Positions 26,823 through 38,187 of a stretch of DNA of 64,000 bases are shown here, piece by piece. The stretch is from assembly GCF_024298765.1 (NCBI RefSeq), contig NZ_CP101210.1; one strand, given 5' to 3'. Source of the DNA: Escherichia coli (GTDB taxonomy: Bacteria > Pseudomonadota > Gammaproteobacteria > Enterobacterales > Enterobacteriaceae). Position 1 is the first letter of the stretch. Every line of letters starts with the position of its first letter. The position numbers and the translations under genes are program-made. Below the pieces are notes generated by a model, which saw only the letters and a list, made by a program, of their open reading frames with translations, did not search any database and was not told the DNA's origin.

Positions 26823-26921
26823 ATGACTACTTCCATGTTCAACGCAAAACTACTACCAACTGCGCCATCCGCCGCAGTGGTCGTCGTGCGTGTGGTGGTG
26901 GTCGTCGGCAATGCGCCGTAG
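26823..26921 (+). CDS. ivbL: ilvB operon leader peptide
   Basis: 32-aa ORF MTTSMFNAKLLPTAPSAAVVVVRVVVVVGNAP rich in Val/Leu regulatory codons. Confidence 0.9.
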   Translation: MTTSMFNAKLLPTAPSAAVVVVRVVVVVGNAP

Positions 26922-26945
26922 GGACTGGAACAACACACGATTCCA

Positions 26946-26979
26946 AAACCCCGCCGGCGCAAACCGGGCGGGGTTTTTC
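26946..26979 (+). terminator. ilvBN attenuator terminator
   Basis: aaaaccccgccggcgcaaaccgggcggggttttt between ivbL and ilvB. Confidence 0.7.
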
Positions 26980-27026
26980 GTTTAAGCACCTCCCGGAAAG
27001 TCGGCCCAGAAGAAAAGGACTGGAGC

Positions 27027-28715
27027 ATGGCAAGTTCGGGCACAACATCGACGCGTAAGCGCTTTACCGGCGCAGAATTTATCGTTCATTTCCTGGAACA
27101 GCAGGGCATTAAGATTGTGACGGGCATTCCGGGCGGTTCTATCCTGCCTGTTTACGATGCCTTAAGCCAAAGCACGCAAATCCGCCATATTCTGGCTCGC
27201 CATGAACAGGGCGCGGGGTTTATCGCTCAGGGAATGGCGCGCACCGACGGTAAACCGGCGGTCTGTATGGCCTGTAGCGGACCGGGGGCGACTAACCTGG
27301 TGACCGCCATTGCCGATGCACGGCTGGACTCCATCCCGCTGATTTGCATTACTGGTCAGGTTCCCGCCTCGATGATCGGCACCGACGCCTTCCAGGAAGT
27401 CGACACCTACGGCATCTCTATCCCCATCACCAAACACAACTATCTGGTCAGACATATCGAAGAACTCCCGCAGGTCATGAGCGATGCCTTCCGTATTGCG
27501 CAATCAGGCCGCCCTGGCCCGGTGTGGATAGACATTCCTAAGGATGTGCAAACGGCAGTTTTTGAGATTGAAACACAGCCCGCTATGGCAGAAAAAGCCG
27601 CCGCACCCGCCTTTAGCGAAGAAAGTATTCGTGACGCGGCGGCGATGATTAACGCCGCCAAACGCCCGGTGCTTTATCTGGGTGGTGGTGTGATCAACGC
27701 GCCTGCGCGAGTGCGTGAACTGGCGGAGAAAGCGCAACTGCCTACCACCATGACTTTAATGGCACTGGGTATGTTGCCAAAAGCGCATCCGCTGTCGCTG
27801 GGTATGCTGGGGATGCACGGTGTGCGCAGCACCAACTATATTTTGCAGGAGGCGGATCTGCTGATTGTACTCGGTGCGCGTTTTGATGACCGGGCGATTG
27901 GCAAAACCGAGCAGTTCTGTCCGAATGCCAAAATTATTCATGTCGATATCGACCGCGCAGAGCTGGGCAAAATCAAGCAACCGCATGTGGCAATTCAGGC
28001 GGATGTTGATGACGTGCTGGCGCAGTTGATCCCGCTGGTGGAAGCGCAACCGCGTGCAGAGTGGCACCAGTTGGTGGCGGATTTGCAGCGTGAATTCCCG
28101 TGTCCAATCCCGAAAGCGTGCGATCCATTAAGCCATTACGGCCTGATTAATGCCGTTGCCGCCTGCGTGGATGACAACGCGATTATTACCACTGACGTGG
28201 GTCAGCATCAGATGTGGACGGCGCAAGCCTATCCGCTCAATCGCCCACGCCAGTGGCTGACCTCCGGCGGGCTGGGCACGATGGGTTTTGGCCTGCCTGC
28301 GGCGATTGGCGCGGCGCTGGCGAACCCGGACCGCAAAGTGTTGTGCTTCTCCGGCGACGGCAGCCTGATGATGAATATTCAGGAGATGGCGACCGCCAGT
28401 GAAAATCAGCTGGATGTTAAAATCATTTTGATGAACAACGAAGCGCTGGGGCTGGTGCATCAGCAACAGAGTCTGTTCTACAAGCAGGGCGTTTTTGCCG
28501 CTACCTATCCGGGCAAAATCAACTTTATGCAGATTGCCGCAGGATTCGGCCTCGAAACCTGTGATTTGAATAACGAAGCCGATCCGCAGGCTGCATTGCA
28601 GGAAATCATCAATCGCCCTGGCCCGGCGCTGATCCACGTGCGCATTGATGCCGAAGAAAAAGTGTACCCGATGGTGCCGCCAGGTGCGGCGAATACTGAA
28701 ATGGTGGGGGAATAA
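27027..28715 (+). CDS. ilvB: acetolactate synthase I large subunit
   Basis: 562 aa; thiamine-diphosphate enzyme motifs; follows ivbL attenuator. Confidence 0.96.
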   Translation: MASSGTTSTRKRFTGAEFIVHFLEQQGIKIVTGIPGGSILPVYDALSQSTQIRHILARHEQGAGFIAQGMARTDGKPAVCMACSGPGATNLVTAIADARLDSIPLICITGQVPASMIGTDAFQEVDTYGISIPITKHNYLVRHIEELPQVMSDAFRIAQSGRPGPVWIDIPKDVQTAVFEIETQPAMAEKAAAPAFSEESIRDAAAMINAAKRPVLYLGGGVINAPARVRELAEKAQLPTTMTLMALGMLPKAHPLSLGMLGMHGVRSTNYILQEADLLIVLGARFDDRAIGKTEQFCPNAKIIHVDIDRAELGKIKQPHVAIQADVDDVLAQLIPLVEAQPRAEWHQLVADLQREFPCPIPKACDPLSHYGLINAVAACVDDNAIITTDVGQHQMWTAQAYPLNRPRQWLTSGGLGTMGFGLPAAIGAALANPDRKVLCFSGDGSLMMNIQEMATASENQLDVKIILMNNEALGLVHQQQSLFYKQGVFAATYPGKINFMQIAAGFGLETCDLNNEADPQAALQEIINRPGPALIHVRIDAEEKVYPMVPPGAANTEMVGE

Positions 28716-28718
28716 GCC

Positions 28719-29009
28719 ATGCAAAACACAACTCATGACAACGTGATTCTCGAACTCACCGTTCGCAACCATCCGGGCGTAATGACCCACGTTTGTGGCC
28801 TTTTTGCCCGTCGCGCTTTTAACGTTGAAGGTATTCTCTGCCTGCCGATTCAGGACAGCGACAAAAGCCACATCTGGCTACTGGTCAATGACGACCAGCG
28901 TCTGGAGCAGATGATAAGCCAAATCGACAAGCTGGAAGATGTGGTGAAAGTGCAGCGTAATCAGTCCGATCCGACCATGTTTAACAAGATTGCGGTGTTT
29001 TTTCAGTAA
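28719..29009 (+). CDS. ilvN: acetolactate synthase I small (regulatory) subunit
   Basis: 96 aa, ACT domain; 3 bp after ilvB. Confidence 0.95.
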
Positions 29010-29081
29010 CCGCTCAAGGCTTGAACAACATCGCGCTTATCGTTAAGGTAAGCGCGTTTTATTACCCTCCAGGACAAGATC

Positions 29082-29672
29082 ATGATCACCGTTGCCCTTA
29101 TAGACGATCACCTTATCGTCCGCTCCGGCTTTGCGCAGCTGCTGGGGCTGGAACCTGATTTGCAGGTAGTTGCCGAGTTTGGTTCGGGGCGCGAGGCGCT
29201 GGCGGGGCTGCCGGGGCGCGGTGTGCAGGTGTGTATTTGCGATATCTCCATGCCTGATATCTCCGGTCTGGAGCTTCTAAGCCAGCTGCCGAAAGGCATG
29301 GCGACAATTATGCTCTCCGTTCACGACAGTCCGGCGCTGGTTGAGCAGGCGCTTAACGCCGGGGCGCGCGGCTTTCTCTCCAAACGCTGTAGCCCGGATG
29401 AACTCATTGCTGCGGTGCATACGGTTGCCACTGGCGGCTGTTATCTGACGCCGGATATTGCCATTAAACTGGCATCCGGTCGCCAGGACCCGCTAACCAA
29501 ACGCGAACGCCAGGTGGCAGAAAAACTGGCGCAAGGAATGGCGGTGAAAGAGATTGCCGCCGAACTGGGCTTGTCACCGAAAACGGTACACGTCCATCGC
29601 GCCAATCTGATGGAAAAACTGGGCGTCAGTAACGACGTTGAACTGGCGCGCCGTATGTTTGATGGCTGGTGA
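29082..29672 (+). CDS. uhpA: response regulator UhpA (NarL/FixJ family)
   Basis: 196 aa; receiver domain plus LuxR-type HTH. Confidence 0.95.
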
Positions 29673-31174
29673 TGAAGACGTTGTTCTCCCGCTTAATTAC
29701 CGTTATTGCCTGCTTTTTTATCTTCTCTGCCGCATGGTTTTGCCTGTGGAGTATCAGCCTGCACCTGGTTGAGCGCCCTGATATGGCGGTGCTGTTATTT
29801 CCGTTTGGTCTGCGTCTGGGGCTAATGCTGCAATGCCCGCGCGGATACTGGCCGGTGTTGCTGGGCGCGGAGTGGCTGCTGATTTACTGGTTAACGCAGG
29901 CGGTCGGTTTAACCCATTTCTTCTTATTGATGATCGGTAGTTTACTGACGTTACTGCCCGTGGCGCTGATCTCGCGCTATCGCCATCAACGTGACTGGCG
30001 CACCTTGCTGCTACAAGGGGCGGCATTAACGGCGGCGGCGTTGTTGCAGTCGCTGCCCTGGCTTTGGCACGGCAAAGAGTCGTGGAATGCGCTGTTGCTG
30101 ACTTTAACTGGCGGCCTGACGCTGGCCCCGATATGTCTGGTGTTCTGGCACTATCTCGCCAATAACACCTGGCTGCCGCTCGGCCCGTCGTTAGTTTCTC
30201 AACCGATCAACTGGCGTGGGCGGCATCTGGTCTGGTACTTGCTGCTGTTTGTTATCAGTCTCTGGCTCCAGTTGGGATTGCCGGACGAACTGTCGCGCTT
30301 TACGCCATTCTGCCTGGCGCTGCCGATTATCGCGCTGGCCTGGCACTATGGCTGGCAAGGGGCGCTAATTGCGACGTTGATGAACGCCATCGCGCTGATC
30401 GCCAGTCAAACCTGGCGCGATCATTCGGTGGATTTATTGCTCTCGCTGCTGGTGCAAAGTCTGACAGGGTTGTTGCTTGGCGCTGGCATCCAGCGGTTGC
30501 GTGAACTTAACCAGTCGCTGCAAAAAGAACTGGCGCGCAATCAGCATCTGGCTGAACGTTTGTTAGAAACTGAAGAGAGCGTGCGCCGCGATGTGGCGCG
30601 TGAGCTGCATGATGATATCGGCCAGACCATCACTGCTATTCGTACTCAAGCGGGCATTGTCCAGCGACTGGCGGCAGATAATGCCAGCGTGAAGCAGAGC
30701 GGGCAGCTCATCGAACAACTGTCGCTGGGTGTTTACGATGCGGTGCGCCGTTTGTTAGGGCGGTTACGTCCGCGCCAGCTGGATGATCTCACCCTGGAGC
30801 AGGCCATCCGCTCACTGATGCGGGAAATGGAGCTGGAAGGGCGCGGCATTGTCAGCCATCTCGAATGGCGTATCGATGAGTCAGCGTTAAGTGAAAACCA
30901 GCGCGTGACGCTGTTTCGCGTCTGCCAGGAAGGGCTGAACAACATTGTGAAACATGCCGATGCCAGCGCGGTTACGCTGCAAGGCTGGCAGCAGGATGAA
31001 CGGTTGATGCTGGTGATTGAAGACGATGGCAGCGGTTTGCCGCCGGGTTCCGGGCAACAAGGTTTTGGCCTCACCGGAATGCGCGAGCGCGTAACGGCGC
31101 TGGGCGGCACATTACACATTTCCTGTCTGCACGGCACGCGTGTCAGCGTTTCTCTACCTCAACGTTATGTCTAA
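29669..31174 (+). CDS. uhpB: sensor histidine kinase UhpB
   Basis: about 500 aa; N-terminal membrane domain; H-box ELHDDIGQ; overlaps uhpA stop. Confidence 0.93.
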
Positions 31175-31180
31175 GGTTCG

Positions 31181-32503
31181 ATGATGTTGCCGTTTCTGAA
31201 AGCGCCTGCCGATGCGCCATTAATGACTGATAAACATGAAATTGATGCCCGCTATCGCTACTGGCGTCGGCATATTCTGCTGACCATCTGGCTGGGTTAC
31301 GCGCTGTTTTACTTCACGCGTAAAAGTTTTAACGCCGCCGTACCAGAAATCCTTGCTAACGGCGTGCTCAGCCGTAGCGATATTGGCCTGTTAGCGACCC
31401 TGTTTTACATTACCTACGGCGTGTCGAAGTTTGTCTCCGGCATTGTCAGCGATCGCTCAAATGCCCGTTATTTTATGGGGATAGGGCTTATTGCCACGGG
31501 CATCATCAACATTCTGTTTGGCTTCTCGACGTCGCTATGGGCGTTTGCCGTACTCTGGGTGCTGAACGCCTTTTTCCAGGGCTGGGGTTCACCGGTGTGT
31601 GCGCGTCTGTTAACCGCCTGGTATTCTCGTACCGAGCGCGGCGGTTGGTGGGCATTATGGAACACGGCGCATAACGTCGGCGGCGCACTCATTCCCATTG
31701 TGATGGCAGCGAGCGCGCTGCATTACGGCTGGCGTGCCGGGATGATGATTGCGGGTTGTATGGCGATCGTCGTGGGGATTTTTCTCTGCTGGCGGCTACG
31801 CGATCGCCCGCAGGCGTTAGGTTTACCAGCGGTCGGTGAATGGCGGCACGACGCGCTGGAGATAGCTCAACAACAAGAAGGGGCAGGGCTGACGCGTAAA
31901 GAGATCCTCACCAAATATGTGTTGCTGAATCCGTATATCTGGCTGCTTTCGTTTTGCTATGTGCTGGTCTATGTGGTCCGGGCGGCAATCAACGACTGGG
32001 GCAATTTGTATATGTCCGAGACGCTGGGCGTCGATCTGGTCACGGCGAATACGGCAGTGACGATGTTTGAACTGGGTGGATTTATCGGTGCGCTGGTAGC
32101 CGGTTGGGGCTCGGACAAATTGTTTAACGGCAACCGTGGGCCGATGAATTTGATTTTCGCCGCCGGAATTTTGCTTTCAGTCGGCTCGCTGTGGCTGATG
32201 CCATTTGCCAGCTACGTGATGCAGGCAACCTGCTTCTTCACCATTGGTTTTTTTGTCTTTGGCCCACAGATGTTAATCGGCATGGCGGCGGCAGAGTGTT
32301 CCCACAAAGAGGCGGCAGGGGCGGCGACGGGGTTTGTCGGCTTGTTTGCTTATCTGGGGGCGTCGCTTGCTGGTTGGCCACTGGCGAAAGTACTCGATAC
32401 CTGGCACTGGAGCGGATTTTTTGTGGTTATCTCTATCGCCGCCGGGGTTTCCGCACTGCTGTTACTGCCCTTTTTGAACGCCCAGACACCGCGAGAAGCG
32501 TGA
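31181..32503 (+). CDS. uhpC: glucose-6-phosphate sensor UhpC (MFS)
   Basis: about 440 aa; MFS organophosphate:Pi antiporter-like, paralogous to uhpT. Confidence 0.93.
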   Translation: MMLPFLKAPADAPLMTDKHEIDARYRYWRRHILLTIWLGYALFYFTRKSFNAAVPEILANGVLSRSDIGLLATLFYITYGVSKFVSGIVSDRSNARYFMGIGLIATGIINILFGFSTSLWAFAVLWVLNAFFQGWGSPVCARLLTAWYSRTERGGWWALWNTAHNVGGALIPIVMAASALHYGWRAGMMIAGCMAIVVGIFLCWRLRDRPQALGLPAVGEWRHDALEIAQQQEGAGLTRKEILTKYVLLNPYIWLLSFCYVLVYVVRAAINDWGNLYMSETLGVDLVTANTAVTMFELGGFIGALVAGWGSDKLFNGNRGPMNLIFAAGILLSVGSLWLMPFASYVMQATCFFTIGFFVFGPQMLIGMAAAECSHKEAAGAATGFVGLFAYLGASLAGWPLAKVLDTWHWSGFFVVISIAAGVSALLLLPFLNAQTPREA

Positions 32504-32758
32504 TGCATCTCACCTTTTCACTTCATATCCGGCAAAACTAAGAAATTTTCCAGGTTTTGCCTGGACGCTATCTCAGGCCTGATTTGCTGCTGATTTTTAC
32601 AATGCCATCATTCATTAATTCTTTCCCAAAATAATTCAAGTTGCAGGAACGCAGCAAACGCGTGAGTCCCGGGAGCATAGTGAACTATGTGACCGGGAGG
32701 AATGCGTGCAGCTAAGGCACCTGCGGCTTGAAGTATGAAGGGAAATCAGGAGTAACCC

Positions 32759-34150
32759 ATGCTGGCTTTCCTAAACCAGGTTCGCAAGCCGACCCTGGAC
32801 CTTCCGCTCGAAGTGCGGCGCAAAATGTGGTTCAAACCGTTCATGCAATCCTACCTGGTGGTCTTTATCGGCTACCTTACGATGTACCTGATTCGCAAGA
32901 ACTTTAACATCGCGCAGAACGACATGATCTCGACCTACGGGTTGAGCATGACGCAGCTGGGGATGATCGGCCTGGGCTTCTCCATCACTTATGGCGTGGG
33001 TAAAACGCTGGTTTCTTACTACGCCGACGGCAAAAACACCAAACAATTCCTGCCGTTCATGCTGATCCTGTCTGCCATTTGTATGCTGGGCTTCAGTGCC
33101 AGTATGGGCAGCGGCTCGGTTAGCCTGTTCCTGATGATTGCCTTCTACGCCTTAAGCGGCTTTTTCCAGAGTACCGGCGGTTCGTGCAGTTACTCCACCA
33201 TCACCAAATGGACGCCGCGTCGTAAACGCGGGACATTCCTCGGTTTCTGGAACATTTCTCACAACCTTGGTGGTGCAGGCGCAGCAGGTGTGGCGCTGTT
33301 CGGCGCAAATTACCTGTTCGATGGTCATGTCATCGGCATGTTTATTTTCCCGTCGATTATCGCGCTGATTGTTGGTTTTATCGGTCTGCGTTACGGCAGC
33401 GACTCCCCGGAATCTTATGGCCTCGGCAAAGCTGAAGAGCTGTTTGGCGAGGAGATCAGTGAAGAGGATAAAGAGACAGAATCTACCGATATGACCAAGT
33501 GGCAGATCTTTGTTGAGTATGTGCTGAAAAACAAAGTGATCTGGCTGCTGTGCTTTGCCAACATTTTCCTCTATGTGGTGCGTATTGGTATCGACCAGTG
33601 GTCAACCGTGTATGCGTTCCAGGAACTGAAACTCTCTAAAGCGGTGGCGATTCAGGGCTTTACGCTGTTTGAAGCTGGTGCGCTGGTCGGTACGCTGCTG
33701 TGGGGCTGGCTCTCTGACCTGGCGAACGGTCGCCGTGGCCTGGTGGCCTGTATCGCGCTGGCGCTGATTATCGCCACGCTCGGTGTGTATCAACACGCCA
33801 GCAACGAATATATCTACCTGGCTTCTCTCTTTGCGTTGGGTTTCCTGGTCTTTGGCCCGCAATTGTTGATTGGCGTGGCGGCTGTTGGCTTTGTACCTAA
33901 AAAAGCGATTGGCGCTGCCGATGGTATTAAAGGCACCTTCGCTTACCTGATTGGTGACAGCTTTGCCAAGTTAGGTCTGGGAATGATTGCCGATGGGACG
34001 CCGGTATTTGGCCTTACCGGCTGGGCAGGCACCTTCGCCGCGCTGGATATCGCCGCGATTGGTTGTATCTGCCTGATGGCGATAGTGGCGGTGATGGAAG
34101 AACGCAAAATCCGCCGCGAGAAAAAAATTCAGCAGTTGACAGTGGCATAA
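32759..34150 (+). CDS. uhpT: hexose-6-phosphate:phosphate antiporter UhpT
   Basis: 463 aa starting [24 protein letters not shown]. Confidence 0.95.
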
Positions 34151-34168
34151 ACGTAACTGGTGACTTTT

Positions 34169-34195
34169 GCCCGGCATGACGCCGGGCTTTTTTTT
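34169..34195. terminator. bidirectional terminator between uhpT and ade
   Basis: gcccggcatgacgccgggc flanked by A/T runs on both strands. Confidence 0.55.
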
Positions 34196-34196
34196 A

Positions 34197-35963
34197 TTAT
34201 TCCGTGACTTCCAGCGTAGTGAAGGCAAACTTCTCACCATCAAACAGCCCCTGACTGGTTAGTTTCAGCGCGGGGATCACTGGCAGGGAAAGAAACGCCA
34301 TCTGAATAAACGGCTCATCTGGTAACGGACCGCATTCACGGGCGGCGGCTTTCAAGGTGTCAATTTGCTCCGCCAGTGACTGCGCCGTGTCGGTGCTCAT
34401 TAGCCCGGCAATGGGCAACGGTAGATGACTTTGTACCTGGCCGTTACGGACCACGCACAGCCCGCCGCCATCCTGAATCACCTGATTGACCGCCAGCGCC
34501 ATCTCTTCTGCGCTACGACCGATCACTACAATATTATGGCTGTCATGGCTGACCGTCGCAGCCAGCGCACCTTCATTCAGGCCAAAGCCGCCGAGCAAAC
34601 CACAGGCCGGAGCCAGTCGTTGTCCGTAACGCTCAAGAACGGCAATAAAGCACACATCATCGCGATCAAAACCGTTTTCGCTGTAGACGCTGGAGCGGGA
34701 GTGCGTGATCAGTTCGTTATGGATTACCTCAATAACGCGATAGCGTTTTCCGGGGGTAAATTGCAGGGCAAAGTCGCTGGCGGAAACTGGCTGGCGATCA
34801 ATGGTATTGCCATATGGCGGGGCGGATTGTGCCAGTCTCGCCGACTCTTCCGCCTGTAAGGTTTGTGCATCGATCGGCTCGCCTTTCACCAGTACCTGCT
34901 GCACCGTGACCTTACGCGCATCGCTCAACAGGACGATATCGGCCTGCTTGCCGGGTGCCAGTAAGCCGAGGTGATTCAGACCAAAATGGCGCGCCGTCGA
35001 CCAGCTGGCTACGCGATATGCCACATGCAGCGGTACATTGTGTTGTTCGATCAGGCGGCGAATTAAGGCATCGATGTGTCCTTCATGGGCGATTTCCCAC
35101 GGGTTACGGTCATCGGTACAGAGCATGCATTGCGGGCTGTTAAATTCGTTGATCAACGGTGCCAGCGCGTTGAGATTGCGGGCAGCGGACCCTTCGCGGA
35201 TCATCAACGACATGCCGAGTTGTAATTTCCGGCGTCCTTCTTCCAGCTGATAACTTTCGTGGCAGTTTTCAATACCCGCAGCAATATAGGCGTTAAGTTC
35301 TTTACCACCCAAACCCGGGCAGTGACCGTCCAGCGTCAGGTGGCGAAATGCATCCAGTTTATCGAGCAGTGCATTCTGCCCGCTAATTACGCCAGGGTAG
35401 TCCATCATTTCTGCAAGGCCGGTAACCTGCGGATGGTCCCGCCAGGCGAGCATCTGTTCAAGGGTAAAACTGGCACCGTTAACATCGCAGCCTTCCAGGG
35501 CGGGTACGCAAGAGCTGACCTGCAAGTATTGGTTTTGCCTTGCCTGTTCGGCACAGCGGGCAAACCAGGCGAAACCGGCTTCGCCCATCACGTTGACGAT
35601 TTCATGAGGGTCGCAAATAACGGTCGTCAGGCCGCGCGGCAGGGTAGCAGTTTCAAAGGTGACCGGCGTCATCATGCTGGATTCAATATGCAGGTGAGCA
35701 TCAATAAACCCTGGCACCGCCGTTGCGCCGCGGGCATCAATCCGCTGCAAAGCCGGAGCATCAGCGTATTCTGCGCCAACACCGGCAATGTAACGTCCTT
35801 TAATCACAATTGGGCCGGAAATTTCTCCGCCATTGATCAGGTCGAGAATAGAGACATTATCAATAATATAATCGGCAACAGCGTCTCCACGGGAAACGGC
35901 TAACAATTCCTGGTATTCAGCCCGGCTAATGTGATGAAATTTATGGTTAATAGAATTATTCAT
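34197..35963 (-). CDS. ade: adenine deaminase
   Basis: 588 aa; amidohydrolase metal-binding motif HIESSM. Confidence 0.93.
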   Translation of the reverse strand: MNNSINHKFHHISRAEYQELLAVSRGDAVADYIIDNVSILDLINGGEISGPIVIKGRYIAGVGAEYADAPALQRIDARGATAVPGFIDAHLHIESSMMTPVTFETATLPRGLTTVICDPHEIVNVMGEAGFAWFARCAEQARQNQYLQVSSCVPALEGCDVNGASFTLEQMLAWRDHPQVTGLAEMMDYPGVISGQNALLDKLDAFRHLTLDGHCPGLGGKELNAYIAAGIENCHESYQLEEGRRKLQLGMSLMIREGSAARNLNALAPLINEFNSPQCMLCTDDRNPWEIAHEGHIDALIRRLIEQHNVPLHVAYRVASWSTARHFGLNHLGLLAPGKQADIVLLSDARKVTVQQVLVKGEPIDAQTLQAEESARLAQSAPPYGNTIDRQPVSASDFALQFTPGKRYRVIEVIHNELITHSRSSVYSENGFDRDDVCFIAVLERYGQRLAPACGLLGGFGLNEGALAATVSHDSHNIVVIGRSAEEMALAVNQVIQDGGGLCVVRNGQVQSHLPLPIAGLMSTDTAQSLAEQIDTLKAAARECGPLPDEPFIQMAFLSLPVIPALKLTSQGLFDGEKFAFTTLEVTE

Positions 35964-36137
35964 ATTTTTCTCATTTTGATTTTATCAATTTGATTATTAT
36001 TTATCATAAAGAAACGTCGCGAGATTATTAAAGAATATCCATTAATGTGCAATTGAAATGTGATAATTATCACTGAACCGTTGTTGTCATTTGTTTTACA
36101 AAAGCAAGGGATTAAATCTCCTCCAATGGACAAAAAA

Positions 36138-37472
36138 ATGAATAATGACAATACCGATTACGTGAGTAATGAATCAGGGACGCTTTCGCGATTATTTAAA
36201 CTACCTCAGCATGGGACCACCGTCCGCACAGAATTGATTGCGGGGATGACCACTTTTTTAACCATGGTGTACATCGTTTTTGTGAACCCGCAAATCCTCG
36301 GTGCGGCACAAATGGACCCGAAAGTGGTGTTTGTTACCACCTGTTTGATTGCCGGTATCGGCAGTATTGCGATGGGGGTATTTGCTAACTTACCCGTGGC
36401 ACTGGCTCCGGCAATGGGCCTGAACGCCTTCTTTGCCTTCGTGGTCGTGGGGGCGATGGGTATCTCCTGGCAGACCGGGATGGGCGCGATATTCTGGGGC
36501 GCAGTTGGGCTATTTTTGCTCACGCTGTTTCGTATCCGGTACTGGATGATCTCCAACATTCCATTAAGTTTACGTATTGGTATCACCAGCGGAATCGGAT
36601 TATTTATCGCCTTAATGGGATTAAAAAATACTGGCGTTATTGTCGCCAATAAAGACACCCTGGTGATGATTGGCGATTTAAGTTCTCACGGCGTGTTGTT
36701 AGGTATTTTAGGGTTTTTTATTATAACTGTGTTGTCATCACGTCATTTTCATGCCGCGGTGCTTGTTTCTATTGTGGTGACGTCTTGCTGTGGATTATTT
36801 TTCGGTGATGTTCATTTTAGCGGCGTCTATTCCATTCCGCCTGATATTAGCAGCGTCATTGGTGAAGTGGATTTGAGCGGCGCGTTATCACTTGAACTCG
36901 CCGGTATCATTTTCTCCTTTATGCTGATCAACCTATTTGATTCATCAGGAACATTAATTGGTGTAACTGATAAAGCTGGCTTAATAGATAGTAACGGTAA
37001 ATTCCCTAATATGAATAAGGCGCTGTATGTTGATAGCGTCAGTTCGGTGGCGGGTGCGTTTATCGGCACCTCGTCTGTTACCGCCTATATTGAAAGTACT
37101 TCTGGTGTGGCAGTCGGTGGTCGCACGGGGCTGACTGCGGTTGTGGTCGGCGTTATGTTCCTGTTGGTTATGTTCTTCTCACCGCTGGTGGCGATGGTTC
37201 CTCCTTACGCAACCGCCGGAGCGTTAATCTTTGTTGGCGTGTTGATGACCTCAAGTCTGGCGCGCGTTAACTGGGATGATTTTACCGAATCGGTACCTGC
37301 GTTTATTACCACGGTGATGATGCCCTTTACTTTCTCGATCACCGAAGGGATTGCACTCGGCTTTATGTCGTACTGCATCATGAAAGTGTGCACCGGGCGC
37401 TGGCGCGATCTGAACCTGTGTGTGGTGGTGGTCGCAGCTCTGTTTGCACTGAAGATTATTCTGGTGGATTAG
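36138..37472 (+). CDS. adeQ: adenine permease AdeQ (NCS2/AzgA family)
   Basis: 444 aa from MNNDNTDYVSNESGTLSRLFKL; polytopic membrane protein. Confidence 0.85.
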   Translation: MNNDNTDYVSNESGTLSRLFKLPQHGTTVRTELIAGMTTFLTMVYIVFVNPQILGAAQMDPKVVFVTTCLIAGIGSIAMGVFANLPVALAPAMGLNAFFAFVVVGAMGISWQTGMGAIFWGAVGLFLLTLFRIRYWMISNIPLSLRIGITSGIGLFIALMGLKNTGVIVANKDTLVMIGDLSSHGVLLGILGFFIITVLSSRHFHAAVLVSIVVTSCCGLFFGDVHFSGVYSIPPDISSVIGEVDLSGALSLELAGIIFSFMLINLFDSSGTLIGVTDKAGLIDSNGKFPNMNKALYVDSVSSVAGAFIGTSSVTAYIESTSGVAVGGRTGLTAVVVGVMFLLVMFFSPLVAMVPPYATAGALIFVGVLMTSSLARVNWDDFTESVPAFITTVMMPFTFSITEGIALGFMSYCIMKVCTGRWRDLNLCVVVVAALFALKIILVD

Positions 37473-37524
37473 TAACTGGCGAGGGTTTCCAGATATCATG
37501 AGTTCTGATTACGCAGGAGAACTC

Positions 37525-37977
37525 ATGATCTGGATAATGCTCGCCACGCTGGCGGTAGTGTTTGTGGTTGGTTTTCGGGTGCTGACATCCGGGGCCAGAA
37601 AAGCGATTCGCCGTCTCAGCGATCGGCTGAACATCGATGTCGTACCCGTGGAGTCGATGGTCGATCAAATGGGAAAGTCAGCCGGTGACGAATTTTTACG
37701 TTATTTGCATCGTCCGGATGAGTCGCACCTGCAAAACGCCGCGCAGGTGTTGCTCATCTGGCAAATTGTCATTGTCGATGGTAGCGAACAGAACTTGCTG
37801 CAATGGCATCGGATTTTACAAAAAGCCCGCCTTGCCGCTCCCATTACCGATGCTCAGGTCAGGCTGGCGCTGGGTTTTCTGCGCGAAACCGAACCTGAAA
37901 TGCAGGATATTAATGCTTTTCAGATGCGCTATAACGCGTTCTTTCAGCCTGCCGAGGGCGTTCACTGGCTGCATTAA
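37525..37977 (+). CDS. yicN: DUF1198 family protein YicN
   Basis: 150 aa from MIWIMLATLAVVFVVGF (N-terminal TM helix). Confidence 0.7.
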   Translation: MIWIMLATLAVVFVVGFRVLTSGARKAIRRLSDRLNIDVVPVESMVDQMGKSAGDEFLRYLHRPDESHLQNAAQVLLIWQIVIVDGSEQNLLQWHRILQKARLAAPITDAQVRLALGFLRETEPEMQDINAFQMRYNAFFQPAEGVHWLH

Positions 37978-37989
37978 AACCGCTTCGTC

Positions 37990-38052
37990 TTATCAGCCTA
38001 CAGACCGCGCCTGACCTGTAGGGTGGATAAGGCGTTCACGCCGCATCCGGTA
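37990..38052. repeat. REP element
   Basis: cctgtagggtggataaggcgttcacgccgcatccggtaatc. Confidence 0.6.
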
Positions 38053-38187
38053 ATCTTTGCCCTGTTCCGTTTCGATCTTAACTCCAGCTCAAGCAACATC
38101 GTAAAAGTTGCAAAAACGTTAAATGCATCACACATTTCAATGTTAGACTGGTCGGCTTTTCCCCTGAAACATGCCACGGGTAACACC

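Noticed and set aside
26546-27043. 165-aa minus-strand ORF spanning ivbL and the attenuator
   Set aside because: It is antisense to the ivbL Val-codon run (giving a Thr-rich artefact) and overlaps a known leader, terminator and the ilvB start; almost certainly non-coding.
36206-36658. 150-aa minus-strand ORF within adeQ
   Set aside because: Antisense to a conserved permease gene; no independent signals.
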